Source: a virus
Taxonomy: Duplodnaviria > Caudoviricetes
DNA: 64,000 nt
Direction: 5' to 3' (one strand)
Virus record (IMG/VR): IMGVR_UViG_2645728093_000001
Span: 1-64,000 of that record
Each line of letters begins with the position of its first letter. Position 1 is the stretch's first letter. The position numbers were made by a program, and so were the translations under genes. This document shows, piece after piece, positions 44,517 through 54,172 of this stretch. The notes under the pieces were generated by a model. That model saw only the letters and a program-made list of their open reading frames with translations. It did not search any database and was not told the DNA's origin.

Positions 44517-44828
44517 TCATTCGCGCATTGCCTTATGCACTCGGCCGAGGCGCCGGACGTCCGCCCATGCATCCGCCGCGCCGATACCGGCAAGCACGGC
44601 GCGACATTTAAGGCCTAGCTCGGCCGTCCCGCCGTTCTGCCGTGCAGCTGTGACGGTATTCGGCGAGATGAATAGAACGGCCGCGGCCTCCCCATTGGAA
44701 AGGTCTAACTCGGCTTGCCATGCCTGGAATTCGGCCGCCGTGATTCGCAGTGCGGTGGCGGCCGAGGCATAGGCGCGGGACCGCGCCAGGGTTTTGCCGG
44801 TTGCGTGCTTTCGAGGCTTAGACGTCAT
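44517..44828 (-). CDS. HTH protein (Aca-like small regulator)
   Basis: ITAAEFQAWQAELDLSNGEAAAVLFISPNTV...LKCRAVLAG. Confidence 0.7.
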   Translation of the reverse strand: MTSKPRKHATGKTLARSRAYASAATALRITAAEFQAWQAELDLSNGEAAAVLFISPNTVTAARQNGGTAELGLKCRAVLAGIGAADAWADVRRLGRVHKAMRE

Positions 44829-45057
44829 TGCTTTTCACTCCGCCGTGACTCTTCCCAGGTATCTCAGCCGGCAACTATCACAAATCAGGGAATGGCCGAG
44901 GCCTCGGCTTGCAATCGTCCCCGGGTTTTGCGCGGAACCCGATTTGACAACCGACTCCGCAACTGATTCAGAATAGGCACGGTGATGGATTGTCACTGAA
45001 GCAAGCCCGCCAGGCACAAGCCGCGGCGGGCTTTGTGTTTGGCGGAGGCGCCAGCCC

Positions 45058-45324
45058 ATGGCAGAGCACGACAAGCCCGCCATTCTAACCCGCTATTGGC
45101 AGCCAACAGGCCGAACGCGTATGCGCACCGGATGGTTTGGCTTGCTCGTTATCGAGGTGCTGCAGGAACGCGTTGCCATGGTGGGAAAGCGTTGCGAACA
45201 TCAGGCACGCTGGCGCCGTGCATCGCGTGGCCAGGTCGTAACGTTCGGGCAGGGTAGCACGGTGCGCCCCCATGTCCTCGATACCGTCAACCCGCACCGT
45301 TACGACTTCGTCCGCCGTGGGTGA
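45058..45324 (+). CDS. Hypothetical protein
   Basis: GGAGG ribosome site; TGRTRMRTGWFGLLVIEV motif. Confidence 0.55.
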   Translation: MAEHDKPAILTRYWQPTGRTRMRTGWFGLLVIEVLQERVAMVGKRCEHQARWRRASRGQVVTFGQGSTVRPHVLDTVNPHRYDFVRRG

Positions 45325-45719
45325 TATCGTCGGCTTTAGGCCGGCAGCTGGCCGGCCACATGATCGGCCGGCCTTAGAGCGCGGCGCCGTCGGTAGCGTT
45401 GTGGCACTGCCCGTTATCAGGATTGAGCGGGACGCAACGGCCGACGCATGGGACGGCTTGCCAAGTGACAGCGCCCCGCACCATGCGGCGCTATGGCCAG
45501 AGCAGAGCTAGGCGCCGAGGCCTCGGCGCTTGCCTGCCACGTCAACCCGTCACTACCAGACAACGCTAGCCGTAGAGGCGAGGGATTGCCGCGCGGCGCG
45601 GCGCGCCGGCTTGCCAGGTACCACCATAGCCGCCTCGGCCAGGCCTTAGCATCGCATCAATCGGGCGAAACGAGGCAAAACAGCCCCAAACCCGGCCGTT
45701 TCGCCAGCAAAAGCCGCCC

Positions 45720-45840
45720 ACCACCCCGGGGGGGGTGAATTCCCGGGCAAACCGCGGGGGGCCGACCGCCAGGGGTCTCATTTGGAGATTTTTTTGGGGC
45801 GGCCGAAATTTTGGGCTCTGGCGTCATTTTTGACGATTTC
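45720..45840 (+). other. Probable cos/packaging initiation region
   Basis: G-run...GACCGCC...CTCA...AGATTTTTT pattern resembles non-coding cos regions before HK97-type terminases; lies just upstream of terS. Confidence 0.55.
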
Positions 45841-45858
45841 GAGAAAAACGGGAAATCC

Positions 45859-46167
45859 ATGCGCAGCACCGGTCAGACGAAAGCGATGGTCGAAAAGCTG
45901 CCTGAGACCGGCTCGGTCGTCGTGGTGCATACCGACCCGCTGCGATCGCATGTCCGCGACATGATCCTGACCCTGCGCGGATCCGAGGTGCTTGGACGCA
46001 CTCGGATCGAGGTGATCAAGAACCGCGAGGCTGCGGATCGGTTGGTCGGCCTGCGCGTGCCCGTGTTCGTTGACCACGCCTTCGCCGACCATGTCAGCCG
46101 TGAGACCGCATCTGCGGTTCGGGCTTTGGCCGACGGGACGAACTCGATGTTCCGGAAGGCCGGCTAA
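45859..46167 (+). CDS. Hypothetical protein
   Basis: Starts MRSTGQTKAM; immediately before terS. Confidence 0.55.
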   Translation: MRSTGQTKAMVEKLPETGSVVVVHTDPLRSHVRDMILTLRGSEVLGRTRIEVIKNREAADRLVGLRVPVFVDHAFADHVSRETASAVRALADGTNSMFRKAG

Positions 46168-46178
46168 GGAATTCCAGG

Positions 46179-46691
46179 ATGGTTGAGCGTAAGGCCCGCG
46201 GCAAAGCTGCGAAGGCGAAGTCGCGCGGCAAGGCGGCCAAAAAGGGAAAGCGCAAAAGCGCCGGCCGGCCCGAGATCAAGGTCACCGCGTCTGATCGGGA
46301 AAAGGTCGAGATCCTGATCGGCGGCGGAATGGCGGTCGAGGAAATTGCGGCCGCAATGGATATGGCCGTGAACTCGCTGAAGAAGCACTTCGGCGCCGAG
46401 CTCAAGCGGGGGCGCTCAAGGAAGCAGGCCGCGATGCTCGAGGCGATGTTCAAGGCCGGCGTCGGCGGCAACGTTTCGGCGCAGAAGGCCTACATGCAGC
46501 ACAGCCTGCTGGCGGCCGCCGACGACAAAGTCCAGGGAGCGGCCGAGCCGGCTCCGGCACCGCGCGCGCCGCGAGCCTACCAGGGCAAGAAGGACGCCGC
46601 CCAGGAAGAAGCCATGACGGCCGGCGCCGGAACGGAGTGGGGCAGCGACCTCGATCCGTTGGCGCCGCAGCCCGGCGTGAAGCCGAACTAG
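46179..46691 (+). CDS. Terminase small subunit
   Basis: GRP, HTH, L.KHF..EL..GR, GNVSAQK, GKK...W..DL; directly upstream of terL. Confidence 0.8.
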   Translation: MVERKARGKAAKAKSRGKAAKKGKRKSAGRPEIKVTASDREKVEILIGGGMAVEEIAAAMDMAVNSLKKHFGAELKRGRSRKQAAMLEAMFKAGVGGNVSAQKAYMQHSLLAAADDKVQGAAEPAPAPRAPRAYQGKKDAAQEEAMTAGAGTEWGSDLDPLAPQPGVKPN

Positions 46692-46694
46692 CCC

Positions 46695-48407
46695 ATGGGG
46701 TTGGTCGTCCGCGATTGGCGGACCGCGCTTCCCGACTGGGAGAGCCGGATACTCGAGCGGAAGTCGCTTATTCCGCCGAACCTGAGGCTATTCGACGCCG
46801 AGGCCGAGAAGGCACTCCGGATCTTCAAGCGGCTGAAGGTCCCCGACATCGAGCCGCACGCGAACGGCGAATATTGGACGCACGGAGAGGCGTGCGACGA
46901 GTGGGTGTTCGACCTGGTTCGGGTCGTCTTCGGTTCATACGACGCCTCGATCAGGCGGCGCATGATCCAGGAGTATTTCCTCCTGGTGCCGAAGAAGAAC
47001 GGCAAGTCCTCCGTGGCGGCCGCGATCATGGTCACCGCGGCGATCATGAACCGGCGGCCGGAAGCCGAATTGCTGCTGATCGCGCCGACGAAGAAGATTG
47101 CCGACATCGCCTTCAAGCAGGCGCACGGCATCATCAAGCTGGACACCGAGCTCAAGAAGCTCTTCCACCCGCAGGTGCACCAGCGGACCCTGACACACCG
47201 CCGCACCGGTGCGGTGATCATGATCAAGGCGGCCGACAAGGACGTCATTACCGGGTCGAAGGCGACCTTCATTCTGGTCGACGAGACGCACGAATTTGCC
47301 GCAAAAGCGAAGGCGGCAGACATCTTCACGGAAATCCGCGGTTCGCTGGCGTCACGGCCCGACGGGTTCATGATCCAGATCACGACCCAGTCCAAGGATC
47401 CGCCCGTCGGCGTGTTCAAGGACGAGTTGCAGACCGCGCGCGATGTTCGCGACGGCAAGGTAGTGCTGCCGCTGCTGCCGATCCTGTACGAGCTCCCGTA
47501 CAAGATCCAGGACAGCGAGGAATGGCAGGACGAGAAGTTCTGGCCGATGATCAACCCGAACTACGGGCGATCGGTCGACCCGGTGTTCCTGACCACACAA
47601 TTGATCAAGGCGAAGCGTACCGGCGCTGCGGCGCTGGCTCTTCTCGCCTCGCAGCACTTCAACATCGAGGTCGGCCTGCGGCTTCGCTCCGATCGCTGGG
47701 CTGGCGCCGACTTCTGGGAGAAGACCCCGGAGAAGGTTTCCTCATTCGAGGAATTGCTCCGGCGGTCTGAAGTGGTTGTCGTCGGCATCGACGGCGGCGG
47801 GCTCGACGACTTGCTCGGTCTCGCCGTTCTCGGCCGTGAGCGAAAGACGGGCAGGTGGCTGCTGTGGTGTCGGGCCTGGGCGCACAAGATCGTCCTGGTC
47901 CGGCGCATGGAGATCGCGAACGCGCTCCTGGATTTCGTCAAGGAAGGCACGCTGACCATCGTCGAGAAGCCGGGCGAGGATGTGGTCGCCGTGGCCGACA
48001 TCGTCATGACGATCGAGGAAGCCGGTAAGCTCGCGGAAGGCCCCGCGATCGCGGTCGACGCCGCCGGCATCGGCTCCATCGTCGATGAGCTCACCAGCGA
48101 GGAGCGAGGCTTCGAAAAGGACCGCATCGTCGGTATCGCCCAGGGTTGGAAGCTCAACGGTGCCATCAAGGACACTGAACGCAAGGTCGCCGGCGGTGAA
48201 CTGATCCACGACGGCTCGAAGCTGATGGCCTGGTGCATCGGGAACGCGAAGGCAGAGCAGCGGGGCAACGCCGTGGTGATCAACAAGCAGGCGAGCGGGA
48301 CCGGCAAGATCGATCCGCTGATGGCCCTGTTCGATGCGGTCTCGCTGATGTCGATGAATCCGGAAGCCGCCGGCTCTGCCTACGAAGAAGAAGACGTTCT
48401 GGTGTGA
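46695..48407 (+). CDS. Terminase large subunit
   Basis: VPKKNGKS Walker A, LVDETH Walker B, ITTQ, GIDGGGLDDL, KIDPLMA. Confidence 0.95.
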   Translation: MGLVVRDWRTALPDWESRILERKSLIPPNLRLFDAEAEKALRIFKRLKVPDIEPHANGEYWTHGEACDEWVFDLVRVVFGSYDASIRRRMIQEYFLLVPKKNGKSSVAAAIMVTAAIMNRRPEAELLLIAPTKKIADIAFKQAHGIIKLDTELKKLFHPQVHQRTLTHRRTGAVIMIKAADKDVITGSKATFILVDETHEFAAKAKAADIFTEIRGSLASRPDGFMIQITTQSKDPPVGVFKDELQTARDVRDGKVVLPLLPILYELPYKIQDSEEWQDEKFWPMINPNYGRSVDPVFLTTQLIKAKRTGAAALALLASQHFNIEVGLRLRSDRWAGADFWEKTPEKVSSFEELLRRSEVVVVGIDGGGLDDLLGLAVLGRERKTGRWLLWCRAWAHKIVLVRRMEIANALLDFVKEGTLTIVEKPGEDVVAVADIVMTIEEAGKLAEGPAIAVDAAGIGSIVDELTSEERGFEKDRIVGIAQGWKLNGAIKDTERKVAGGELIHDGSKLMAWCIGNAKAEQRGNAVVINKQASGTGKIDPLMALFDAVSLMSMNPEAAGSAYEEEDVLV

Positions 48408-48466
48408 TGCTGGCTGCCTCGGGCGCCGCGCGCCGGTAACCCGCAACTCATCAGGACAGATCGCCC

Positions 48467-50089
48467 ATGGGTTGGAGAGACACGCTCGCGGGCGCATTCG
48501 CTCCGCGATCACAACTCGATCGCTGGGCGGCCGACGTCACCGACGCGATTGAGCGCGATGATGACGACTTTTGGTACTCCGAGCTCGGCCGGAAATCGAA
48601 GGCCGGCATCCGCGTCACCGCTGATATCGCCCTGCGCGCCTCCGCGGTTTATTCGTGCGTCAAGGTGCTCGCCGAAACGATGGCATCGCTCCCGATGTCA
48701 GTCTATCGGGTGCAGCCCAACGGAGACCGCGAGGAGTTCAACTCGCACCCGATCGGCGAACTGATCCGGTATCAACCGAACGGCATCCAGACCGCGGTCG
48801 AGTTCTGGGAAACGACCATTTTGCATGCCGCACTGCGCGGCGTCGGTTTCGCCGAGATCAAGCCTGGCGCGCGCGGTGCCGTCGACCAGTTGGTCTCACT
48901 GCACACCGACCGGGTGACGACCGAGGTCATCCGCGACGGCACGCTACGGTTCAAGATCACGGATCCGTTCACCGGCGCCACGCGGACGCTGTTGCAGGAG
49001 GAGATGTTCCGGATCCCGGGACTGTCCAGCGACGGCGTCAACGGTTTGCGTGCGGTCGATATCGCCGCCGACGCAATCGGTCTCGGCATCGCCGCCGACA
49101 ATTATGCTTCGAGGATCTTCTCGAACAATCTCAACATGGGCGGCTTCCTGTCGTCCCAGAAGAAGATGTCGCCGGAGGCACAGCGCCGGCTGATCACGAA
49201 ACTGGTCGAGATGTTTGCCGGCGGCAACAACGTCGGCCGACCGATGATCCTGCAGGACGGGATCAAATACGAAAAGGCTTCGATGCTGGCCTCCGAGGCC
49301 CAGCTGCTCGAAGCCCGGAAGTGGCAACTGCTTGAGGTCGCGCGGTTCTGGCGCATCCCGCCGCACATGCTCGGCATCGACGACACCACGAACCGGTCAA
49401 CGGTCGAGGAGCAGTCGCTCAACTTTGTCCGCTACACCATCCGGCCCTGGGCCCGCCGCATCGTCCAGGCGATCCGGCGCGATCTCATCCTCGCCAAGGG
49501 CGTCTACGAAGTCGCGTACGATTTCGACGATCTCGAGAAGGGCAATCTGCAGGCTCGTGCCGATTACATCTCGAAGGCGCTCGGCGCCGGCGGCACACCG
49601 GCCTGGCTGACGCAGAACGAAGCCCGGCAGTGGGAAGGCTGGAATCGGCGATCGGAGCCATGGGCCGACGTTCTGCCCCAGGGCACGAACCCCGGCGGCG
49701 GCGCAGCAGGTGCTAAGCAGCCAGCCGCACTACCGGCCGAGACACCCGCGATCGAGGACAATTCGCCCGACGCCCGCGCGCGGCGTCTCGCCGACAAGGA
49801 AAATAAGGCCTTCGGCAAGGCGCTCGTCCGCCATGCCGGCGATGCGGACGGCATGCGGGATTGGATCAAGGCCTTCTACGGCGGGCACGTCAGCAGCGTC
49901 ATGAAGATGCTCGACATCCGTCGGGATGGAGCCCGCGCCTACTGCGAATTCCAGAAGCGCGAAGCGCTCGGAGCAAACGATTGGCACGCTCTCCTCGAGA
50001 CGCGTGAAGAGAAACTCGCGGCAACGATCGCCGCCGTTCTGAAACAGCACGAGGTCGAACATGGGAACGATGCGCCGATTCAAGCGTGA
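48467..50089 (+). CDS. HK97-family portal protein
   Basis: AVYSCVKVLAETMASLP, PN..QT..EFW, AQLLEARK...EVARFWRIPPHMLG, NEAR. Confidence 0.95.
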   Translation: MGWRDTLAGAFAPRSQLDRWAADVTDAIERDDDDFWYSELGRKSKAGIRVTADIALRASAVYSCVKVLAETMASLPMSVYRVQPNGDREEFNSHPIGELIRYQPNGIQTAVEFWETTILHAALRGVGFAEIKPGARGAVDQLVSLHTDRVTTEVIRDGTLRFKITDPFTGATRTLLQEEMFRIPGLSSDGVNGLRAVDIAADAIGLGIAADNYASRIFSNNLNMGGFLSSQKKMSPEAQRRLITKLVEMFAGGNNVGRPMILQDGIKYEKASMLASEAQLLEARKWQLLEVARFWRIPPHMLGIDDTTNRSTVEEQSLNFVRYTIRPWARRIVQAIRRDLILAKGVYEVAYDFDDLEKGNLQARADYISKALGAGGTPAWLTQNEARQWEGWNRRSEPWADVLPQGTNPGGGAAGAKQPAALPAETPAIEDNSPDARARRLADKENKAFGKALVRHAGDADGMRDWIKAFYGGHVSSVMKMLDIRRDGARAYCEFQKREALGANDWHALLETREEKLAATIAAVLKQHEVEHGNDAPIQA

Positions 50090-51494
50090 GATCCGCTCAG
50101 TCAACGGCCGGGTGCTTGCGTTTGACATGCGAAACGGTATTGGCGCCGCCATGACGCCGCTGCTGGAGCGGATTGTCCGCGGCAGCGTCGATGATGCCGA
50201 GCTGCGTGAGATGTTCCTGGACCGCACCGAGTCCGCGCGCAGCTTCTGTGTCGAGGACGAGGGGACCGACATCGAGGCGGCCCGGCAGCGCGCCGAGAAG
50301 ATGGCTGCGCCGGTGATCGTGCCGGGCACCAAGACCGGTCGCTTTACCGCGCTGGTGTCGTGTCACGGCATCGCGATGTACGACGTCGAGTACCAGCCCT
50401 ATGCCTTTTCGACCCTGCGCCTCTCGCAGGTCATCGGCCGCCTGGCGGCGGATCCAAGCATCGAGACGATCTTCATCGATTGCGACAGTCCGGGCGGCTA
50501 CGTCACCGGCACGCAGGAGGCTGCCGATGCGGTCTTCGCGGCCCGCAAGAAAAAGCAGGTCGTTGCGCTGATCAATCCGCTGGCGGCATCCGCGATGTAT
50601 TGGATTGCGAGCCAGGCCGAAACGATCATCGGCGTCCCGTCGGCTGACGTCGGCTCGATCGGCGTCTTCATGTGCCACTACGACTGTTCCGCGATGCTGG
50701 CCGACATGGGGATCAAGCCGACGTACATCTACGCCGGCGAGTACAAGACCGAGGGCAATTCGTCGGAGCCGCTGAGCGCCGAGGGCAAGGCTTTCTTCCA
50801 ATCGCAGGTCGACGGCACGTATTCTGACTTCGTGAATGCCGTGGCGCGCGGCCGCGGCGTCACCGCACAGGTCGTCATGGACAAGTTCGGCAAGGGCCGC
50901 GTCTACGACGCCCAGATGGCGAAGAAACTGGGCATGATCGACGACATCTCCACCATCCAGGGCGCGCTGGCGAGCTGGGGGATCCCCGACATGTCACAGG
51001 AGGCCAATCGTCGGCGCGCCTCCGGCGACCAGACTGCGGAGCTGGAGCAGGCCGAGCCTGCGGCGGAAGAGGCCGCGTACGATCCCAAGGCGCCGCTCAA
51101 GGTCGACATGGACGTGCTGCTCACAGAAGGATGTGAAAGCCTGGTCTTCCGCCAGGTCAGTGCGCCCGGCGTCATCACTACCTATGCCGACGGCCCCTGG
51201 CCAGCGAAGGTGCGGATCGATCCCGAGGTCATCAAGGGCGGGGCCGACCGATGCCTCCTCGAGGCCAACGGCACCATCACGATCGCTGTCGCCAATGGTG
51301 CCGCGGTCTACACCAAGATCCACGAGACGGCGTCTGGTGTGTGGATCTGCAAGCTGGAGGAAAACAGTTCCTTCACGCCGCCGCCTGGCGCTGAGCCGGA
51401 AGCCACGACGGAGCCCGAGGCGCCGGCGGAAACGCCGGACAACAAGGCTGAAGCCGAGCGCGTTCGCGTCCGTCTCGCGATCCTCGCGGCCTGA
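50061..51494 (+). CDS. S49 family head maturation protease with C-terminal extension
   Basis: DSPGG, AASAMYWIAS, VGSIGV, AGEYK; start uncertain. Confidence 0.9.
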   Translation: MGTMRRFKREIRSVNGRVLAFDMRNGIGAAMTPLLERIVRGSVDDAELREMFLDRTESARSFCVEDEGTDIEAARQRAEKMAAPVIVPGTKTGRFTALVSCHGIAMYDVEYQPYAFSTLRLSQVIGRLAADPSIETIFIDCDSPGGYVTGTQEAADAVFAARKKKQVVALINPLAASAMYWIASQAETIIGVPSADVGSIGVFMCHYDCSAMLADMGIKPTYIYAGEYKTEGNSSEPLSAEGKAFFQSQVDGTYSDFVNAVARGRGVTAQVVMDKFGKGRVYDAQMAKKLGMIDDISTIQGALASWGIPDMSQEANRRRASGDQTAELEQAEPAAEEAAYDPKAPLKVDMDVLLTEGCESLVFRQVSAPGVITTYADGPWPAKVRIDPEVIKGGADRCLLEANGTITIAVANGAAVYTKIHETASGVWICKLEENSSFTPPPGAEPEATTEPEAPAETPDNKAEAERVRVRLAILAA

Positions 51495-51532
51495 TCGCCA
51501 AGCCCCATCACTCGCAGAAAACGGCGGTCATC

Positions 51533-52558
51533 ATGAACGCACCCATCCGGCATGCCGATCTCGAGGCGCTGGTTACCGCGCTGATCGCGTACGGCAACGG
51601 TCATCGCAACATCGAAGGGCTCGTACCGCAGGCGACTGCGACCGGCATCGGCGAGGGGCAAGCCTCGATCGGCGGCTTCCTCGTGCCGGAAACCGTAGCA
51701 TCCGAGATCTGGATGCGGATCTATGCGACTGGCCGTATCATTAGGCACTGCGCGCCGCAGCCGATCACCCGCAGGGCCGGTGTGAAGGTTCCGGCAATCA
51801 GCGAGACCAGCCGAGTCGACGGATCGCGGTTTGGTGGCGTCCGGAGTTGGTGGGTCGATGAAGGCCAAGCCCCGACGGCTTCGAAGCCGAAGTTCGATCA
51901 GGTCGGGCTTCTGTTGAAGAAGCTTCTGACCATCATCTATGCGACGGATGAGCTCACCGAGGATGTACCGGCGCTGAGCGCGTTCCTGGAGCGCGTTATG
52001 TCGCTCGAGATGCAGTTCACGATCGAGGACAAGATCATCAACGGTACCGGCGCCGGTGTGCCGCTGGGCGTTCTCAATTCAAGGGCGCTGATCGTTGTCC
52101 CGGCAGAGGGTGCCCAAGCCTCGCAATCCGTGTTGTATGCGAACCTCGCCAAGATGGTCGGCCGTCTGTGGCCCGCATCCTTTGCGACCGCCGTGTGGGT
52201 GATGAACAGCGACGTGTTCAATCTTCTGCTCCAGATGACCGATGCGGCTGGCGCTCCCGTTGTGGTCGCGGACGCCGCCGGCGTCATGCGACTTCTGACG
52301 ATCCCGGTTGAGGTTTGCGAATACAACCCGACCATCGGCAACATCGGCGACATCATGCTGTGCGATTTCGGCCAGTATCTGCTGTCGCAAGCCTCCGACC
52401 CGATCGAGCGCAGCATCCACGTCCAGTACGTGACCGACGAGACAGCATTCAAGCTGCGCTACCGCGTCGACGGCAGCCCGGCCTGGATGACCCCGGTCAC
52501 CCCAAGAAACGCGACGCTGACGCAGTCGCCCTTCATCGCGCTCGGCGCGCGCCCCTGA
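51533..52558 (+). CDS. Major capsid protein paralogue 1 (HK97 fold, no long N-terminal scaffold)
   Basis: GGFLVPE, WVDEG, ATDEL, INGTGAGVPLGVLN, ETAF...RVDG.P, SPFIAL. Confidence 0.88.
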   Translation: MNAPIRHADLEALVTALIAYGNGHRNIEGLVPQATATGIGEGQASIGGFLVPETVASEIWMRIYATGRIIRHCAPQPITRRAGVKVPAISETSRVDGSRFGGVRSWWVDEGQAPTASKPKFDQVGLLLKKLLTIIYATDELTEDVPALSAFLERVMSLEMQFTIEDKIINGTGAGVPLGVLNSRALIVVPAEGAQASQSVLYANLAKMVGRLWPASFATAVWVMNSDVFNLLLQMTDAAGAPVVVADAAGVMRLLTIPVEVCEYNPTIGNIGDIMLCDFGQYLLSQASDPIERSIHVQYVTDETAFKLRYRVDGSPAWMTPVTPRNATLTQSPFIALGARP

Positions 52559-52663
52559 TCTGACATCCGAATTCGCGGAGTAGGGGCGCTGTAGCGACCC
52601 CGATCTTCGCGTGCAAACGCGGGCTCTGTCGAGACCGCAACTTCCGACGAGTCCATCCCAACC

Positions 52664-52692
52664 AAGGCGCCCCGAACACGGGCGCCTTTTTT
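52664..52692 (+). terminator. Intrinsic terminator-like hairpin just before the capsid 2 ribosome site
   Basis: AAGGCGCCC-7nt-GGGCGCCTT followed by a T run. Confidence 0.65.
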
Positions 52693-52706
52693 ATTGGAGA
52701 CGCGAA

Positions 52707-54089
52707 ATGCGTATCAAAGTTCTTCGCCAGAAGAAGGCAGACCTCCTCGTCGAGGCCGGCGCTCTGGCAGCGAAGCTCGATGCCAACACCATCACGCCGG
52801 ATGAGATGTCGCGGCTGAACCGCATCACCTCGACGACCCCGGCCACCGCCACCTCCGCCGAGATCCCGAGCGAACTCGCGACGGTCAACGCCGAGATCGC
52901 CCGCGAGGAGTTGCTCATGGAAGAGCGTCGCGGCATGGAGTCGGCGAGCCATCTCAGCGCCGATACCCCGGCCGAGCGCGCCGCGCGCGTCCCGGCCGAG
53001 CCGAAGCAGCAGCCCGAGAAGTTCGGCTCCTTCGGCGAGCAGATGATGGCGATCGCGCGCGCCGGCATCCCCAACTCCACGCCCGATCGCCGCCTCGTCA
53101 TGGTGCAGTCGGCAGGCCCGACCGGCGTCAACGAGAGCGTGGGCTCGGAGGGCGGTTTCCTGGTGCAGAGCGATTTCCAGGATCAGTTGCTGGATGACCT
53201 CTACGCCGGCGGCGACATCCTGTCGCTGATCAACCCGGGCAAGATCGGCCTCTCGGCCAACTCGAACGGCATCCGCCTCAACGGTGTCGACGAGACCAGC
53301 CGCGCCAACGGCTCCCGCGCCGGCGGCATCCAGGCGTTCTGGACCGGTGAGGCCCAGCAGAAGACCGCCACCCAGCCGAAGTTCCGTCAGATCTCGATGG
53401 AGCTCGATAAGCTGACCGGCCTCTGCTACGCGACCGACGAGTCCCTCCAGGATGCGGCGGTCCTCGAGCCTTGGCTCAAGGAGGCGTTCAACACCGAGTT
53501 CACGTTCAAACTCGAAGACGCCATCGTGAACGGCACCGGTGTCGGTATGCCGCTCGGCATCCTGAACAGCGGCGCGCTGGTCACGGTCTCGAAGGAGGCC
53601 AACCAGGCGGCCAACACGCTGCTGTCGATGAACATCCTCAAGATGTGGTCGCGCCTGCCGATGCGCAGCCGCAAGAACGCTGTGTGGTTGATCAACCCGG
53701 ACGTCGAGCCGATGTTCGGCCAGCTCAGCATGCCGGTGTTCAACGTCGACAACTCGCAGATCGTCGGCGGTCTCCCGGCCTATGTGAGCTACACGCCGCC
53801 GACCGACAGCGCTTACGCCAAACTGCAGGGGCGTCCGGTCATCCCGACCGAGTACAACAACACCCTCAGCGGTCTCGGCGACATCATCCTGTTCGACCCG
53901 ACCGCGTATCTCGCGATCGACAAGGGGCAGATGCAGCAGGCGTCCTCGATCCACGTCCGCTTCATCTACGACGAGACCTGCTTCCGCTTCGTCTACCGCT
54001 TCAACGGTCAGCCGAAGTGGCGCACGGCGCGCACCCCGTACAAGGGGTCGAACTCGCAGTCGCCGTTCGTCACCCTCCAGGCCCGCTGA
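52707..54089 (+). CDS. Major capsid protein paralogue 2 (with N-terminal coiled-coil scaffold)
   Basis: EGGFLVQ, WTGE, ATDE.L.D, VNGTGVGMPLGILN, ETCFRF..R..GQP, SPFVTL; strongly biased codons. Confidence 0.93.
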   Translation: MRIKVLRQKKADLLVEAGALAAKLDANTITPDEMSRLNRITSTTPATATSAEIPSELATVNAEIAREELLMEERRGMESASHLSADTPAERAARVPAEPKQQPEKFGSFGEQMMAIARAGIPNSTPDRRLVMVQSAGPTGVNESVGSEGGFLVQSDFQDQLLDDLYAGGDILSLINPGKIGLSANSNGIRLNGVDETSRANGSRAGGIQAFWTGEAQQKTATQPKFRQISMELDKLTGLCYATDESLQDAAVLEPWLKEAFNTEFTFKLEDAIVNGTGVGMPLGILNSGALVTVSKEANQAANTLLSMNILKMWSRLPMRSRKNAVWLINPDVEPMFGQLSMPVFNVDNSQIVGGLPAYVSYTPPTDSAYAKLQGRPVIPTEYNNTLSGLGDIILFDPTAYLAIDKGQMQQASSIHVRFIYDETCFRFVYRFNGQPKWRTARTPYKGSNSQSPFVTLQAR

Positions 54090-54172
54090 TCGCGGCGGAA
54101 GGTCACTGATAGTCGGGGTCGCCGCGATCGGCGGCGGCCCTTCACCCCATCCCGAAATCTGGAGCCAAAAAC

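Noticed and set aside
51533-54089. Capsid duplication as a diversity-generating retroelement or an assembly artefact
   Set aside because: The copies are diverged throughout rather than only at adenines, are not near-identical, and no reverse transcriptase is present.
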